In this document: in pieces, positions 1 through 8,388 of the stretch | Layout: every line of letters starts with the position of its first letter | How positions within the stretch are numbered: position 1 is the stretch's first letter | Assembly (NCBI GenBank): GCA_965234725.1 | Contig: CBDDUX010000053.1 | Span: 1 to 14,434, forward strand | DNA length: 14,434 bases | Origin: Thermoplasmatota archaeon | Lineage (GTDB): Archaea; Thermoplasmatota; Penumbrarchaeia; Penumbrarchaeales; Penumbrarchaeaceae | Reading direction: 5' to 3' | Program-made: the position numbers and the translations under genes | Notes under the pieces: model-generated | The model's input: only the letters and a program-made list of their open reading frames with translations | Told to the model about the DNA's origin: nothing | Databases searched by the model: none

Positions 1-162
1 TCAAACCATATGGTGTCGTATAACTAAGGGTATGGTGTCGGGGACGGGGTTTGAAAGAATACTCAAAACTGTCAAAAATGATACTCAAAATGTAAGAATT
101 TCTTCTTGATGCCTTCAAGAGAGATCATAAGGAGCGATAGAAAAGGGCCCCTTCGGGGGCCT
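1..162 (+). repeat. Junction element J1 (TGTCG boxes + three-hairpin module)
   Basis: TATGGTGTCG occurs at 9-18 and 31-40 (22-bp period). GTGTCGGGGACGGGGTTT (35-52) is identical to 11625-11642, and ATGGTGTCGTATAACTA (10-26) is identical to 8099-8115. Stems: TTTGA/TCAAA (50-54/63-67), TCTTGA/TCAAGA (104-109/115-120) and GGCCCC-TTCG-GGGGCC (146-161). Confidence 0.75.
141..162 (-). terminator. Possible terminator function of the J1 terminal hairpin for ORF1
   Basis: On the minus strand the GC hairpin (161-146) is followed by CTTTTCT, ~50 nt after the ORF1 stop. It is also part of the repeat family, so this role is uncertain. Confidence 0.35.
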
Positions 163-211
163 ACATTTTCAACAAAGAATTGTTAAAACCATTCTTTCCC
201 GCTATCATAGA

Positions 212-3200
212 TTATAGGGTTCGATCCTGTATATCTGTACCTTCTAATTGGGATTTCTGAGGTGAGCCCAACTCCTGCTCAGATGGAGTAGATGGGATTT
301 TCTCCAATTCTAATTGGTCATTTTGAGAAGGTGGAGAATCGGATCCTTTCCTCTTTTTCAAAATGAGGAATACAACAATCCCGATTACTATCAGAATAAC
401 TAAAATGAGGATCACGATAATAACAAAAGGGAAACCTCCCTTGTCATCCTTCTTCTCTTTGATCAAAGGATCTGTCCCATCCTGATACTCTTGAAGATCG
501 GTCTTCCCGTCTCCATCAGCATCGTTATCTGCAGAAGGAGTTTTCGGATCCAGACCATGGCTGTCCTCCCAACCATCTGGCATCCCGTCATCATCGGTGT
601 CATCATTGAAGGGAAGGGTTCCATTCTTGTTTTCAAGTGCATTGGACATCCCGTCATTATCAGCATCGGCTTCTCCGTCAGATGGATCATCGATGGAGAG
701 GCCCCATTCGATCTCGATGAGGTCGGGGATGCCATCCGAATCGGTATCATGGTCTTGCGGAAGGACCTTCAGATTGAAAACAGTGGAATTGGTATTCCCT
801 TCTTCATCTGAGACAGTGACGGTTATCTCGTAATCTCCGGAAGAAGTCACGGTTCCCTTCAATTGGTTTCCATCAACACCGATCGGAGCTCCCTGCCATG
901 AATATGATACTATTCCAATATTGTCAGCTGCTGTGATCGTGACATCAACATCCTGTCCCTCATAGATCGTGATATCATCGATGGGTTCGATCTCCGGAAG
1001 AATAATATCTTCAATCTCCAGATTCAATATCTCGGTAATATTCTGGTTGTCACTTGAATCTTTCACAATAACATTGTAAAACAGAGGGCCAGCCTCATCA
1101 ATGGCTATAGATATCTCATGTGTGAAAATATTACTATCTGAAGAGAGAATTATCTTTTGATGAGTTGTGTTTGCGAACCAGTATTCGAGTTCCAGGTCAC
1201 TGATCTCGATATTATCCCAGACTTCAAAATAGAATTCGTAACTTCCACCTGTTTCCAGTTTTTGTGAATATCCTGTCAAATTAATCAAAGGAATAAAATT
1301 ATCTATTATAGTAATTTCACCAACATCTCCAGAAAACCAGTTCTGGGATGTATCTACAAACGAAATCTTATATGAAAGTGGAACTATGGATCTGAAAGGA
1401 AGTGCTACCTTCTTCCAGTATTCGTCATTCCCATTAAAGGTCATGGTAACATTTTTGTGCTCAGCATCCTCATACCAATATTCCAACATTGAAGACTCTA
1501 TCTCTACGTTGTCTGTTGCTCTAACTCTGATCTCAATGATCTCTCCGGTAGATCCTTGATCGGTGGACATATTCTCAAGGATCTTGGGTGACTCCATATC
1601 CAAAACGATCACTTGTCTGATCTTTGAGCTATTTTTATTGCCTGATGAGTCCGTTGAATGGAACATGTAGAACAGGGTTGAAAGGGAATCGCTTGGTAGA
1701 TCGATAGTGTAAGAATAGACTGTTCCTCCCATCAGTGAAATGTTTTGATGCTCACCATTGCCAAACCAGAATTCAAGATGAACACTTTCCACCTCTATGT
1801 TATCGATTATCTTAATCGAAATTGGGATTGAACTTCCGGTTGTTGAAGAATTGATTGGATTAATCTCAATAAATATTGGGAGATCATCATCCTTGACTGT
1901 GACTGTTTTCTCCATTGTCCTATTCCAATTACCAGATGTATCTACTGCAAGGAAAGAGTAATAAATTAACTCAATAGAACCTGACGGTATTGAAAGGCCA
2001 TAGGTCCAAGTGTCAGATGAAATCATATTCATTGTTAGATTACTTGATTCAGTAATCCCAAACCTATACTCTAAATGGACCTTTTCAACATCGATGTTGT
2101 CTAAAACCTGAACTTTAAAGAGAAATGAATTACCTGTTGATGCAATCGTTCCGGTCATATCATTAATAATTTTAGGACGATCGTAATCAAATATATCAAT
2201 CTCCATCTGCTCGGTTGTATTGGTGTTCAGATAAACATCCTGAGCCTCAAAGTAGTAGACCACTGATGAAAGGTCATGATGGATCAATAGGGATGTAGAC
2301 CAGTTGATATTATCTTCAGTCACTAGATCAATAGATCCGAACGAAGGAGATTCCTGTTTGAAAAATAACTTAACGGACATTAGTTTCACATCATCTGTTA
2401 CTGATGCATTGAGGACCAAGATCTCTCCGGTTCTTCCGTGTGTAATATTGCTGTAATAATCGTAGGTTGGTTTGATAGTGTCATCGGCGAGGTAAATATT
2501 ACTATGGTCTGATTCACCTATTAAATTTAAAGCTTTGACTGAATAATAGTATCTTGTTCCTATGGTTACATTTTGATCTATGAAGAAATTCACAGGATGA
2601 GAACTGTACTTCAGGGACATGCTGCCTATCGAGGTTCCTCTATAGATATCATATCCTATTATCTGAGAACCACCATTGGATATTGGCACCTTCCAACTCA
2701 GGTAGATACTATCGGATCTGACCGTAGCATTCAATCCGGTTGGAGAATCGGGAGGTGAATCTGATGTTATTTTGGTTACTCCCCAATCCTCCATCCCATT
2801 GAAGCTTGTATCATATGCTCCGGTAGTTGTAGGGTAACCTGTAGAATCAACTCTTCCGGTTGTGTAGACGAAATCGTTCGAATCCACAACGATTCCCTCT
2901 GAATAATCATTAGAGGTACCTCCAAGATATGTTGAAAACAATAATGATGAAGCATTTTTATCGAGTTTGAAAACCAATGAATCAGTCCCCCCAGAATTAA
3001 TAGAAAAATCTGAATCTTCTGACATCGGAAAATTGGTGGATTTAGTATATCCAGAAACCCAGATGTTACCCCTTGAATCGAAATCCAAATCACTTATTGT
3101 ATCTGACCCAGATCCTCCAATTAAAGTGGAGTATGATAATGAACCACCTGTAATATTCAAATTCGTAACGAAGCCATCTGAGTTACCCACTATTGAATTA

Positions 3201-4849
3201 CTATAAGCACCGGATGTAACTGGGAAATCGGTAGAAGAGGTATAACCAGCTACTGTAGCATTGTTATTAGTGTCCAGAGCAATACCTTGGATATAATCAG
3301 AAGAGCTTCCTCCGAGATAGGTGGAATATATCAATGAGGAACCAGCGGAGTTTATTTTGAAAATAAAACCGTCTTGACCATCATTCTTTGAGGTATCATA
3401 TGCTCCCAAAGTTGTTGGAAAATCTGATGATTTTGTATTACCTCCAACATATGCATTACCGGATGCATCCACAGCAATCTCATTACCAATATCAGTATCT
3501 GATCCACCAACCAAAGTAGAATAAGAGATAGCACCTGTACTTCTACTGATCTTCATTACGAATACATCACCTATTCCATCATAAGAGGTATCATAGGCAC
3601 CAGAACTTGTGTAGAAATCTTCAGAATATGTATATCCGGTGATATAAGCGGAACCTGACCCAAAAAGTTTGACTCCATTTGCATAATCGCTGCTCGTTCC
3701 TCCGATATATGAGGCATATGACAAGGCATTGCCTTTGGAGTTCAGAACCACAATGAAACCATCTGTTGTCCCTCCTATGCTAGTATCATTTGCACCTGAT
3801 GTCGTTGGGAAATCAGAGGATCTTGTATACCCTGCTACGTATGCATTTCCTGAGGAGTCAACATCAATACCATAGCCATATTCATTGCCGGTTCCACCAA
3901 TGTAAGTGGAATAATCAAGGGAATTACCAGAATAATTCAATTTAATGACAGCCACATCCTGACCGCCATTATGGCTTGTATCGTATGCACCAGAAGTGAT
4001 TGGAAATGCATTTGAACAAAAACCAGTTACGTAAGCATTCCCAAGAGAATCCACATGCATATCAAAAGAGCGGTCCCATGTGGTTCCACCCACAAAGGTG
4101 GAATATATCAATGGATCAATCACGATCTTCCTCGACTTGTCAAAATCACCAAGATCAAATGAATATCGATCTTCATTTATTCCAATGAACTTGCAATTAA
4201 TCGATTCCTCTATATCGTTTGAATAGAAAACGCGAAGATCATCTTCACAAATATCCGGTCCATTCTTAATCTGAATATTAATGAGGTCATCTTTTACCAC
4301 AAGATCATCGTGACCATCTACTTCGACAAGAATATCCCCTGGATCTGCACCTTGATTAATAATAAATTCATATTTCAGCTTTCCATCTGAACCTCTGAAA
4401 AGAAGGTCGATCCCTTCCCAAATATCCTCGTATAATACCTCTGAATAGCTCGGAATATCTATTGCCCATTTATCGGGATCGTCACCAATTAGAAAATTAG
4501 TATTTTTTGATATTACCTTCTGACCAACAGGTTCAACTCCATTTGCACCAATGAACGAATACTTGAGTACATGTCCTGAGCTTTGGTCCAAATTAATATC
4601 AAGAAAGAAAGAATCTTCAGATAGAGCGATCCTTCCAAATTCTGTGTTACTAATGAAAAAAATATGATCTTCCCATTGACCCTCGTTCTTAATAAAATGA
4701 TCGAAAGCCAAATTAAAGGGTTCGATAGCCCTACCACTATAGATGTAGGCATCTTCTAGGTCCGTGGTTGCACCTGTTTTAGAAATCTGGGTAGAACTAA
4801 TTACTATAATGATTAAGGCTACAAAGCTCATCTTGGAAGTATTATTCAT
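212..4849 (-). CDS. Large membrane-anchored cell-surface protein (1545 aa): SBBP beta-propeller repeats, fibronectin type III domain, ~6 Ig-like repeats, TSP3-like DxDxDG Ca-binding repeats, C-terminal TM helix
   Basis: N-terminal hydrophobic signal (MSFVALIIIVISS). The N-domain motifs FIKNEGQW, KYEFII..GADP and IDP are typical of SBBP-repeat proteins. Repeated 'YST(Y/F/L)(L/I/V)GG..D....I.VD..GNAYV.G.T.S.DFPTT.GAYD' units follow. The FN3 signature is PDSPTGL..IYLSW..GYDIYRG..YYYSVKA.N..GES. Later come DTDSDG/DADNDG/DTDDDG/DADGDG repeats, then TM FPFVIIVILILVILIVIGIVVFLIL followed by KKRK. Confidence 0.9.
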   Translation of the reverse strand: MNNTSKMSFVALIIIVISSTQISKTGATTDLEDAYIYSGRAIEPFNLAFDHFIKNEGQWEDHIFFISNTEFGRIALSEDSFFLDINLDQSSGHVLKYSFIGANGVEPVGQKVISKNTNFLIGDDPDKWAIDIPSYSEVLYEDIWEGIDLLFRGSDGKLKYEFIINQGADPGDILVEVDGHDDLVVKDDLINIQIKNGPDICEDDLRVFYSNDIEESINCKFIGINEDRYSFDLGDFDKSRKIVIDPLIYSTFVGGTTWDRSFDMHVDSLGNAYVTGFCSNAFPITSGAYDTSHNGGQDVAVIKLNYSGNSLDYSTYIGGTGNEYGYGIDVDSSGNAYVAGYTRSSDFPTTSGANDTSIGGTTDGFIVVLNSKGNALSYASYIGGTSSDYANGVKLFGSGSAYITGYTYSEDFYTSSGAYDTSYDGIGDVFVMKISRSTGAISYSTLVGGSDTDIGNEIAVDASGNAYVGGNTKSSDFPTTLGAYDTSKNDGQDGFIFKINSAGSSLIYSTYLGGSSSDYIQGIALDTNNNATVAGYTSSTDFPVTSGAYSNSIVGNSDGFVTNLNITGGSLSYSTLIGGSGSDTISDLDFDSRGNIWVSGYTKSTNFPMSEDSDFSINSGGTDSLVFKLDKNASSLLFSTYLGGTSNDYSEGIVVDSNDFVYTTGRVDSTGYPTTTGAYDTSFNGMEDWGVTKITSDSPPDSPTGLNATVRSDSIYLSWKVPISNGGSQIIGYDIYRGTSIGSMSLKYSSHPVNFFIDQNVTIGTRYYYSVKALNLIGESDHSNIYLADDTIKPTYDYYSNITHGRTGEILVLNASVTDDVKLMSVKLFFKQESPSFGSIDLVTEDNINWSTSLLIHHDLSSVVYYFEAQDVYLNTNTTEQMEIDIFDYDRPKIINDMTGTIASTGNSFLFKVQVLDNIDVEKVHLEYRFGITESSNLTMNMISSDTWTYGLSIPSGSIELIYYSFLAVDTSGNWNRTMEKTVTVKDDDLPIFIEINPINSSTTGSSIPISIKIIDNIEVESVHLEFWFGNGEHQNISLMGGTVYSYTIDLPSDSLSTLFYMFHSTDSSGNKNSSKIRQVIVLDMESPKILENMSTDQGSTGEIIEIRVRATDNVEIESSMLEYWYEDAEHKNVTMTFNGNDEYWKKVALPFRSIVPLSYKISFVDTSQNWFSGDVGEITIIDNFIPLINLTGYSQKLETGGSYEFYFEVWDNIEISDLELEYWFANTTHQKIILSSDSNIFTHEISIAIDEAGPLFYNVIVKDSSDNQNITEILNLEIEDIILPEIEPIDDITIYEGQDVDVTITAADNIGIVSYSWQGAPIGVDGNQLKGTVTSSGDYEITVTVSDEEGNTNSTVFNLKVLPQDHDTDSDGIPDLIEIEWGLSIDDPSDGEADADNDGMSNALENKNGTLPFNDDTDDDGMPDGWEDSHGLDPKTPSADNDADGDGKTDLQEYQDGTDPLIKEKKDDKGGFPFVIIVILILVILIVIGIVVFLILKKRKGSDSPPSQNDQLELEKIPSTPSEQELGSPQKSQLEGTDIQDRTL

Positions 4850-4856
4850 GAATGGA

Positions 4857-4910
4857 CCACCTGGGATAAGGGGATTTTTTCATTAGGTTGTTATCTATAT
4901 TAATTTTTTC
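4857..4910 (-). promoter_or_regulatory. Putative archaeal BRE/TATA promoter and ribosome-binding site of ORF1
   Basis: The minus strand reads GAAAAAA-TTAATATA (4910-4896), and AGGTGG (4862-4857) lies 7 nt before the ATG at 4849. Confidence 0.5.
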
Positions 4911-5031
4911 TCAGTTATTTCAGCAAAAATATCATTGATGAATAATTTATTTTCATTATTTGAAATTATTCCCATTTTAGATTACAACATAAAATACCTC
5001 TATGAAAGAGTGGAGATTCGGACCTATCTCC

Positions 5032-5211
5032 AAGTGTCGGAATGCAATAGATAAGTGTCGGAAACGGGGTTTATCTAGTTAAGTCAAATAACCTGGAAAA
5101 TGCCCCGAAAAACCCCTTTTCGAGAAAAGATTTCCGAGCGGATGACGGATGGAAACGGTCCGGACCAAGATGAAAAAGAAGCCCCTTTCAAATGTGTCGG
5201 AAGGGGCTTCA
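5032..5211 (+). repeat. Junction element J2; 158-nt copy (5054-5211) nearly identical to 11624-11779
   Basis: AAGTGTCGGAA occurs at 5032-5042 and 5053-5063 (21-bp period). Manual alignment with J4a shows 8 substitutions and 2 single-base indels in 158 nt. Stems: GGGGTTT/AAACCCC (5066-5072/5110-5116), TTTCC/GGAAA (5131-5135/5151-5155) around GGATGAC, and GAAGCCCCTT/AAGGGGCTTC (5178-5187/5201-5210). Confidence 0.9.
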
Positions 5212-5377
5212 ACATTTGAATATCTTTCATTATTCGTATGTATTGAACTACACAGTAATTTTTGATGTTATTTGAAGGCATATATCGATCGATTAGTGTC
5301 CAATTCAAATATGGATTCGTACTAAGGATGAGAAATGTCCATTGACCATCTTCGGAAAGCCAGTTTGCTAGTATCTT

Positions 5378-7915
5378 CTATGTTTGTGGTGCAAATGGAT
5401 TTTCCATTAATGGATAGTTATCTAGCCCTAGATGAGGCAATCCAATATCTCCGATTCCGTCTCCGGCGAATCGACCGTCAGCTCCATTATCAAGGCCTGA
5501 ATAATCATCCCAATAATTTCCCTCCCCCTGCCCGTCATCCCAATCATTGGCCATGTTTGAGATAGCCTGGATATTATTTCCAATGAAAGCGTTATGATGA
5601 ATATCATTCCCGGATGAATTGTCGATCTTTAGGCCAATTTCATTTTGACTCATTGCATTCATATTTATCGAGCATTCGTCGGAATAAAAGATCAATATTC
5701 CGGATTCATTATTATCCATACAACTATTTTTCCTGATGATACAATCATCCGAATCGCTCATCCTGATACCGACTCTGAAGGAAATACAGGTATTGAATAT
5801 GATCTGATTTTCCTTGGAGGAATATATCTCGATCCCGTAAAAGGAACCGTTGAAGCACAGATTATTCATTATACTATTATTCTCTGATTGATGCCCTACG
5901 AAAATGCCGCAGTTACTATTATTGCCGCAATAATTATCGAAAATTTCGTTGCCGGTCGATCCCTGGACCACTATGCCTCTTTCGTTTTCATTGCAAGTAT
6001 TTTTAACTATTTTGTTCCAAGAAGATGAAATGAAGATGTTGATCCCTCCCCCCCAATTGTTCATTACTTCATTCGAATTCAATTTATTGTTTGAACATCG
6101 ATCTCTCAACCATATCCCGTCCCCATTGTTCAGATTAATTGAATTCTTTGAAAGGATATTGAATGAGGACCTCTCCAATTTGATCCCTATTCCATCGAAA
6201 TTTGTACCGTACCCATTTCGATTGAACTGATTCTCCCTTAACAGATTGAGGTCAGCTTCATCCAGCCATATACCTTCATGATTGTCATTATACCGGTTGT
6301 TCGATAGAACATTATTTTTTGAATTTCGAATGATCATTCCTATCCATTCATTATTGGAGCAGCTGTTGTTCTTATAGGTGTTATTCGAGGAATCCCTGTT
6401 GATCATTCCCACCCTATTCTCCTGGATATTATTACCCTCTATTGAATTATGATCAGATATAACATCAACATTGATGCCGAAATATTGGTTTGATATTTGA
6501 TTACCGGTCAACGAGTTATCAACAGCTCTTTGCAGGTACATACCATTCCAGGTGTTGTTATCGATCATATTTCTTGTAATATCATTATTGGAGGACCCCT
6601 CCAGGAGTCCGATCCCTCCACCGTTGGTATTATTGCCGTTTTTATAAAATCCATTATTGTATATTGTATTCCAGGATGAGTTCCACAAATACAGCCCGAA
6701 CAGATGGTTCTTCTCGAAATGGTTCCTTTCGATCGTGATCCTATTCGAATGGATCAATCTCAGCCCATTTCCAAGAGGAGAAGAAAATGAAGAGTTCAGA
6801 ACACTCACATTTTCGGAAAATGCGATGATGGTTTCCGTTTTCAATTCAACAGAATCGATCATAAAATCAAATGAGCTAGCTACAATAAGTTGTCCGATGT
6901 CTTTTAAAATTTCCATGTTTTCCTGGTTGGATATGTAATGAATTGGTTTTGATATCACAGTGTTGGTCATATCCATTGAATGGGAATCGTAATGCTCCCT
7001 GATATCTCCATTTAAAATGATTCCAACACCACCAAAGGTATTGTTCACTAGAATGGATCTGCAGCAGGAATCAAGTTCCAATCCGGTTCCTATAAATTGA
7101 TTGTTTTCGAAGCTGATATCATCGGAATCTGTTATCACCACTCCCTCCCATCTTTGTGATTTGATCCGGTTGGAGGAGATCTCCATGTTCGTGGAACTTT
7201 CGATGTTGAGATCTGTTAATCCCTGCTGAGCAAAGGTGTTGTTCTCAATTTTCGTACCTGTAACATCTCTGATACTTATACCTTGATAATTCTCTTCTAA
7301 ATGGTTTGAATTTATCCTTACAATAGAGGATTCAACGGATTGTATCCCGATCTGAGAGTTCAATGAGATATCGTTACGGATCACTTCAATGTCCGACGAT
7401 CTGCCCTCAATGAAGATCCCGTTCCCTCCATTTTCAATGATCTCGTTTTCAATGATACTAACTGAAGAAGATCTCCTGATGATTATTCCCATTCCCTGAT
7501 TAGATCTGATGACATTTCGAGAAATGATCGCGTTGCTGACATTTTCAAATATCATCCCTGCTTCGTCGTAGTAATCATTCGGCGGCCATATCATATCTTG
7601 AAACATGGGGATAGAAGCGTTCTTGAACGTACAATTTCTGATCATGAAATGGGCATTCGTATCTTTCACGAGAATACAATATCTGCTCTCTTGAGGATCA
7701 GCAACAATATCCTCGATGATAAAAGGGTCCTCACTTGTGCCTGTGCCATCTGATATACCATTTTTAGAAATGAAATCTGAGTTGCTAGAAATTATAATGG
7801 GGATCTTGATATCGATCTCTTCTTTCTTTTCGTCACTACTTCGACTAATACATCCAGCAATGGAAACGAAAAGCAATAATGCTGCTGTTAGTGATACTGC
7901 TGCCTTTCTATTCAT
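5378..7915 (-). CDS. Putative lipoprotein with long right-handed parallel beta-helix (NosD/CASH/PbH1-like repeats)
   Basis: The ORF track gives 5378-7942, but the second ATG (7915, MNRKAAVSLTAALLLFVSIAGC) gives a classic basic-hydrophobic-lipobox (IAG-C) signal. Many 'GI.I..S.N..I..N.I..N' repeats follow. It also has GTGTSEDPFII near the N-terminus and a C-terminal NDWDDG..EGNYWDDY.G.D...DGIGD......DNYPL motif typical of archaeal NosD-domain surface proteins. Confidence 0.85.
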   Translation of the reverse strand: MNRKAAVSLTAALLLFVSIAGCISRSSDEKKEEIDIKIPIIISSNSDFISKNGISDGTGTSEDPFIIEDIVADPQESRYCILVKDTNAHFMIRNCTFKNASIPMFQDMIWPPNDYYDEAGMIFENVSNAIISRNVIRSNQGMGIIIRRSSSVSIIENEIIENGGNGIFIEGRSSDIEVIRNDISLNSQIGIQSVESSIVRINSNHLEENYQGISIRDVTGTKIENNTFAQQGLTDLNIESSTNMEISSNRIKSQRWEGVVITDSDDISFENNQFIGTGLELDSCCRSILVNNTFGGVGIILNGDIREHYDSHSMDMTNTVISKPIHYISNQENMEILKDIGQLIVASSFDFMIDSVELKTETIIAFSENVSVLNSSFSSPLGNGLRLIHSNRITIERNHFEKNHLFGLYLWNSSWNTIYNNGFYKNGNNTNGGGIGLLEGSSNNDITRNMIDNNTWNGMYLQRAVDNSLTGNQISNQYFGINVDVISDHNSIEGNNIQENRVGMINRDSSNNTYKNNSCSNNEWIGMIIRNSKNNVLSNNRYNDNHEGIWLDEADLNLLRENQFNRNGYGTNFDGIGIKLERSSFNILSKNSINLNNGDGIWLRDRCSNNKLNSNEVMNNWGGGINIFISSSWNKIVKNTCNENERGIVVQGSTGNEIFDNYCGNNSNCGIFVGHQSENNSIMNNLCFNGSFYGIEIYSSKENQIIFNTCISFRVGIRMSDSDDCIIRKNSCMDNNESGILIFYSDECSINMNAMSQNEIGLKIDNSSGNDIHHNAFIGNNIQAISNMANDWDDGQGEGNYWDDYSGLDNGADGRFAGDGIGDIGLPHLGLDNYPLMENPFAPQT

Positions 7916-8059
7916 ACTCGACTTCCATATATCAATGATCATGAAGAATTAATAATACTTTGGTACAGGAGTGTAACAAAGTTGATCTTCGTTTGTTTTT
8001 ACTAGTATTTTTTAAAGGCCTGGACTGAATAAATTGATTGACTCTGACCTGTTTGACTC

Positions 8060-8238
8060 TGTCGCGTTCTAACCCTGTTATGTCGGAAAACTAGGGTAAT
8101 GGTGTCGTATAACTACCCCAAATTTGGAAGATCAGGGTTTGTTTCCTTCCTCAAAGCTCAATAAAAACCCATAAAAATATTGAATATTGATTGGATGCCA
8201 ATATTCAGAGCTACAGGGGAAGGACCTCTTCGGAGGTC
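8060..8238 (+). repeat. Junction element J3 between the divergent ORF2 and ORF3
   Basis: TGTCG occurs at 8060, 8081 and 8103 (21/22-bp period), with a 17-nt identity to J1. Stems: GGGTTT/AAACCC (8135-8140/8165-8170), TGAATATTG/CAATATTCA (8181-8189/8199-8207) with loop ATTGGATGC, and GACCTC-TTCG-GAGGTC (8223-8238). Confidence 0.7.
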
Positions 8239-8330
8239 AAATTTTTTATTTCTTTATTTAGGATTTGGTAGAATTATTTAAAGAGAAGTCATTTAGACAT
8301 CTGTTCCATATACTATATTTAAATAAGAGA

Positions 8331-8346
8331 AAATGTCATTTATATA
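8331..8346 (+). promoter_or_regulatory. Putative TATA box for ORF3
   Basis: TTTATATA at 8339-8346 follows an A-rich stretch and lies ~43 nt upstream of ATG 8389. Confidence 0.4.
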
Positions 8347-8388
8347 TGTGGTTTGAAAAAACCAAGCATAAGTGTGGGATGGGATAAT

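Noticed and set aside
13..40. GTGTCGTATAA resembles a XerC arm of dif/pdif sites
   Set aside because: After a 6-bp spacer the other arm (GTATGGTGTCG here, CAAATTTGGAA in J3) is neither XerD-like nor an inverted repeat.
9..52. TATGGTGTCG repeats as a CRISPR array
   Set aside because: Only 2-3 short units per site with a 21-22-bp period, no spacers of CRISPR length, and no cas genes.
59..90. ATACTCAAAA repeated at 59-68 and 81-90 (22-bp period)
   Set aside because: It is present only in J1 and may be a local duplication. It is not supported as a separate feature.
5084..5308. 74-aa minus-strand ORF overlapping the J2 repeat
   Set aside because: It overlaps a structured repeat whose second copy has two separate single-base indels, and it shows no recognisable protein features.
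5269..5360. Possible degenerate second module after J2 (TATTTGAA/TTCAAATA stem 5269-5276/5304-5311; CTTCGG at 5350-5355)
   Set aside because: There is no GATGNC loop, the TTCG has only a 2-bp stem and the spacing differs. Too weak to call.
5378..7915. ORF2 as true nosD of a nitrous-oxide reductase cluster
   Set aside because: There are no nosZ/F/Y/L neighbours and it is much longer than NosD. It is a generic archaeal beta-helix surface protein, so no gene symbol was assigned.
8064..8143. Canonical integron attC sites
   Set aside because: The boxes do not fit RYYYAAC/GTTRRRY, there are no clear L boxes, the genes are in mixed orientation with their own promoter-like signals, and no intI is present. 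Kept only as an analogy.
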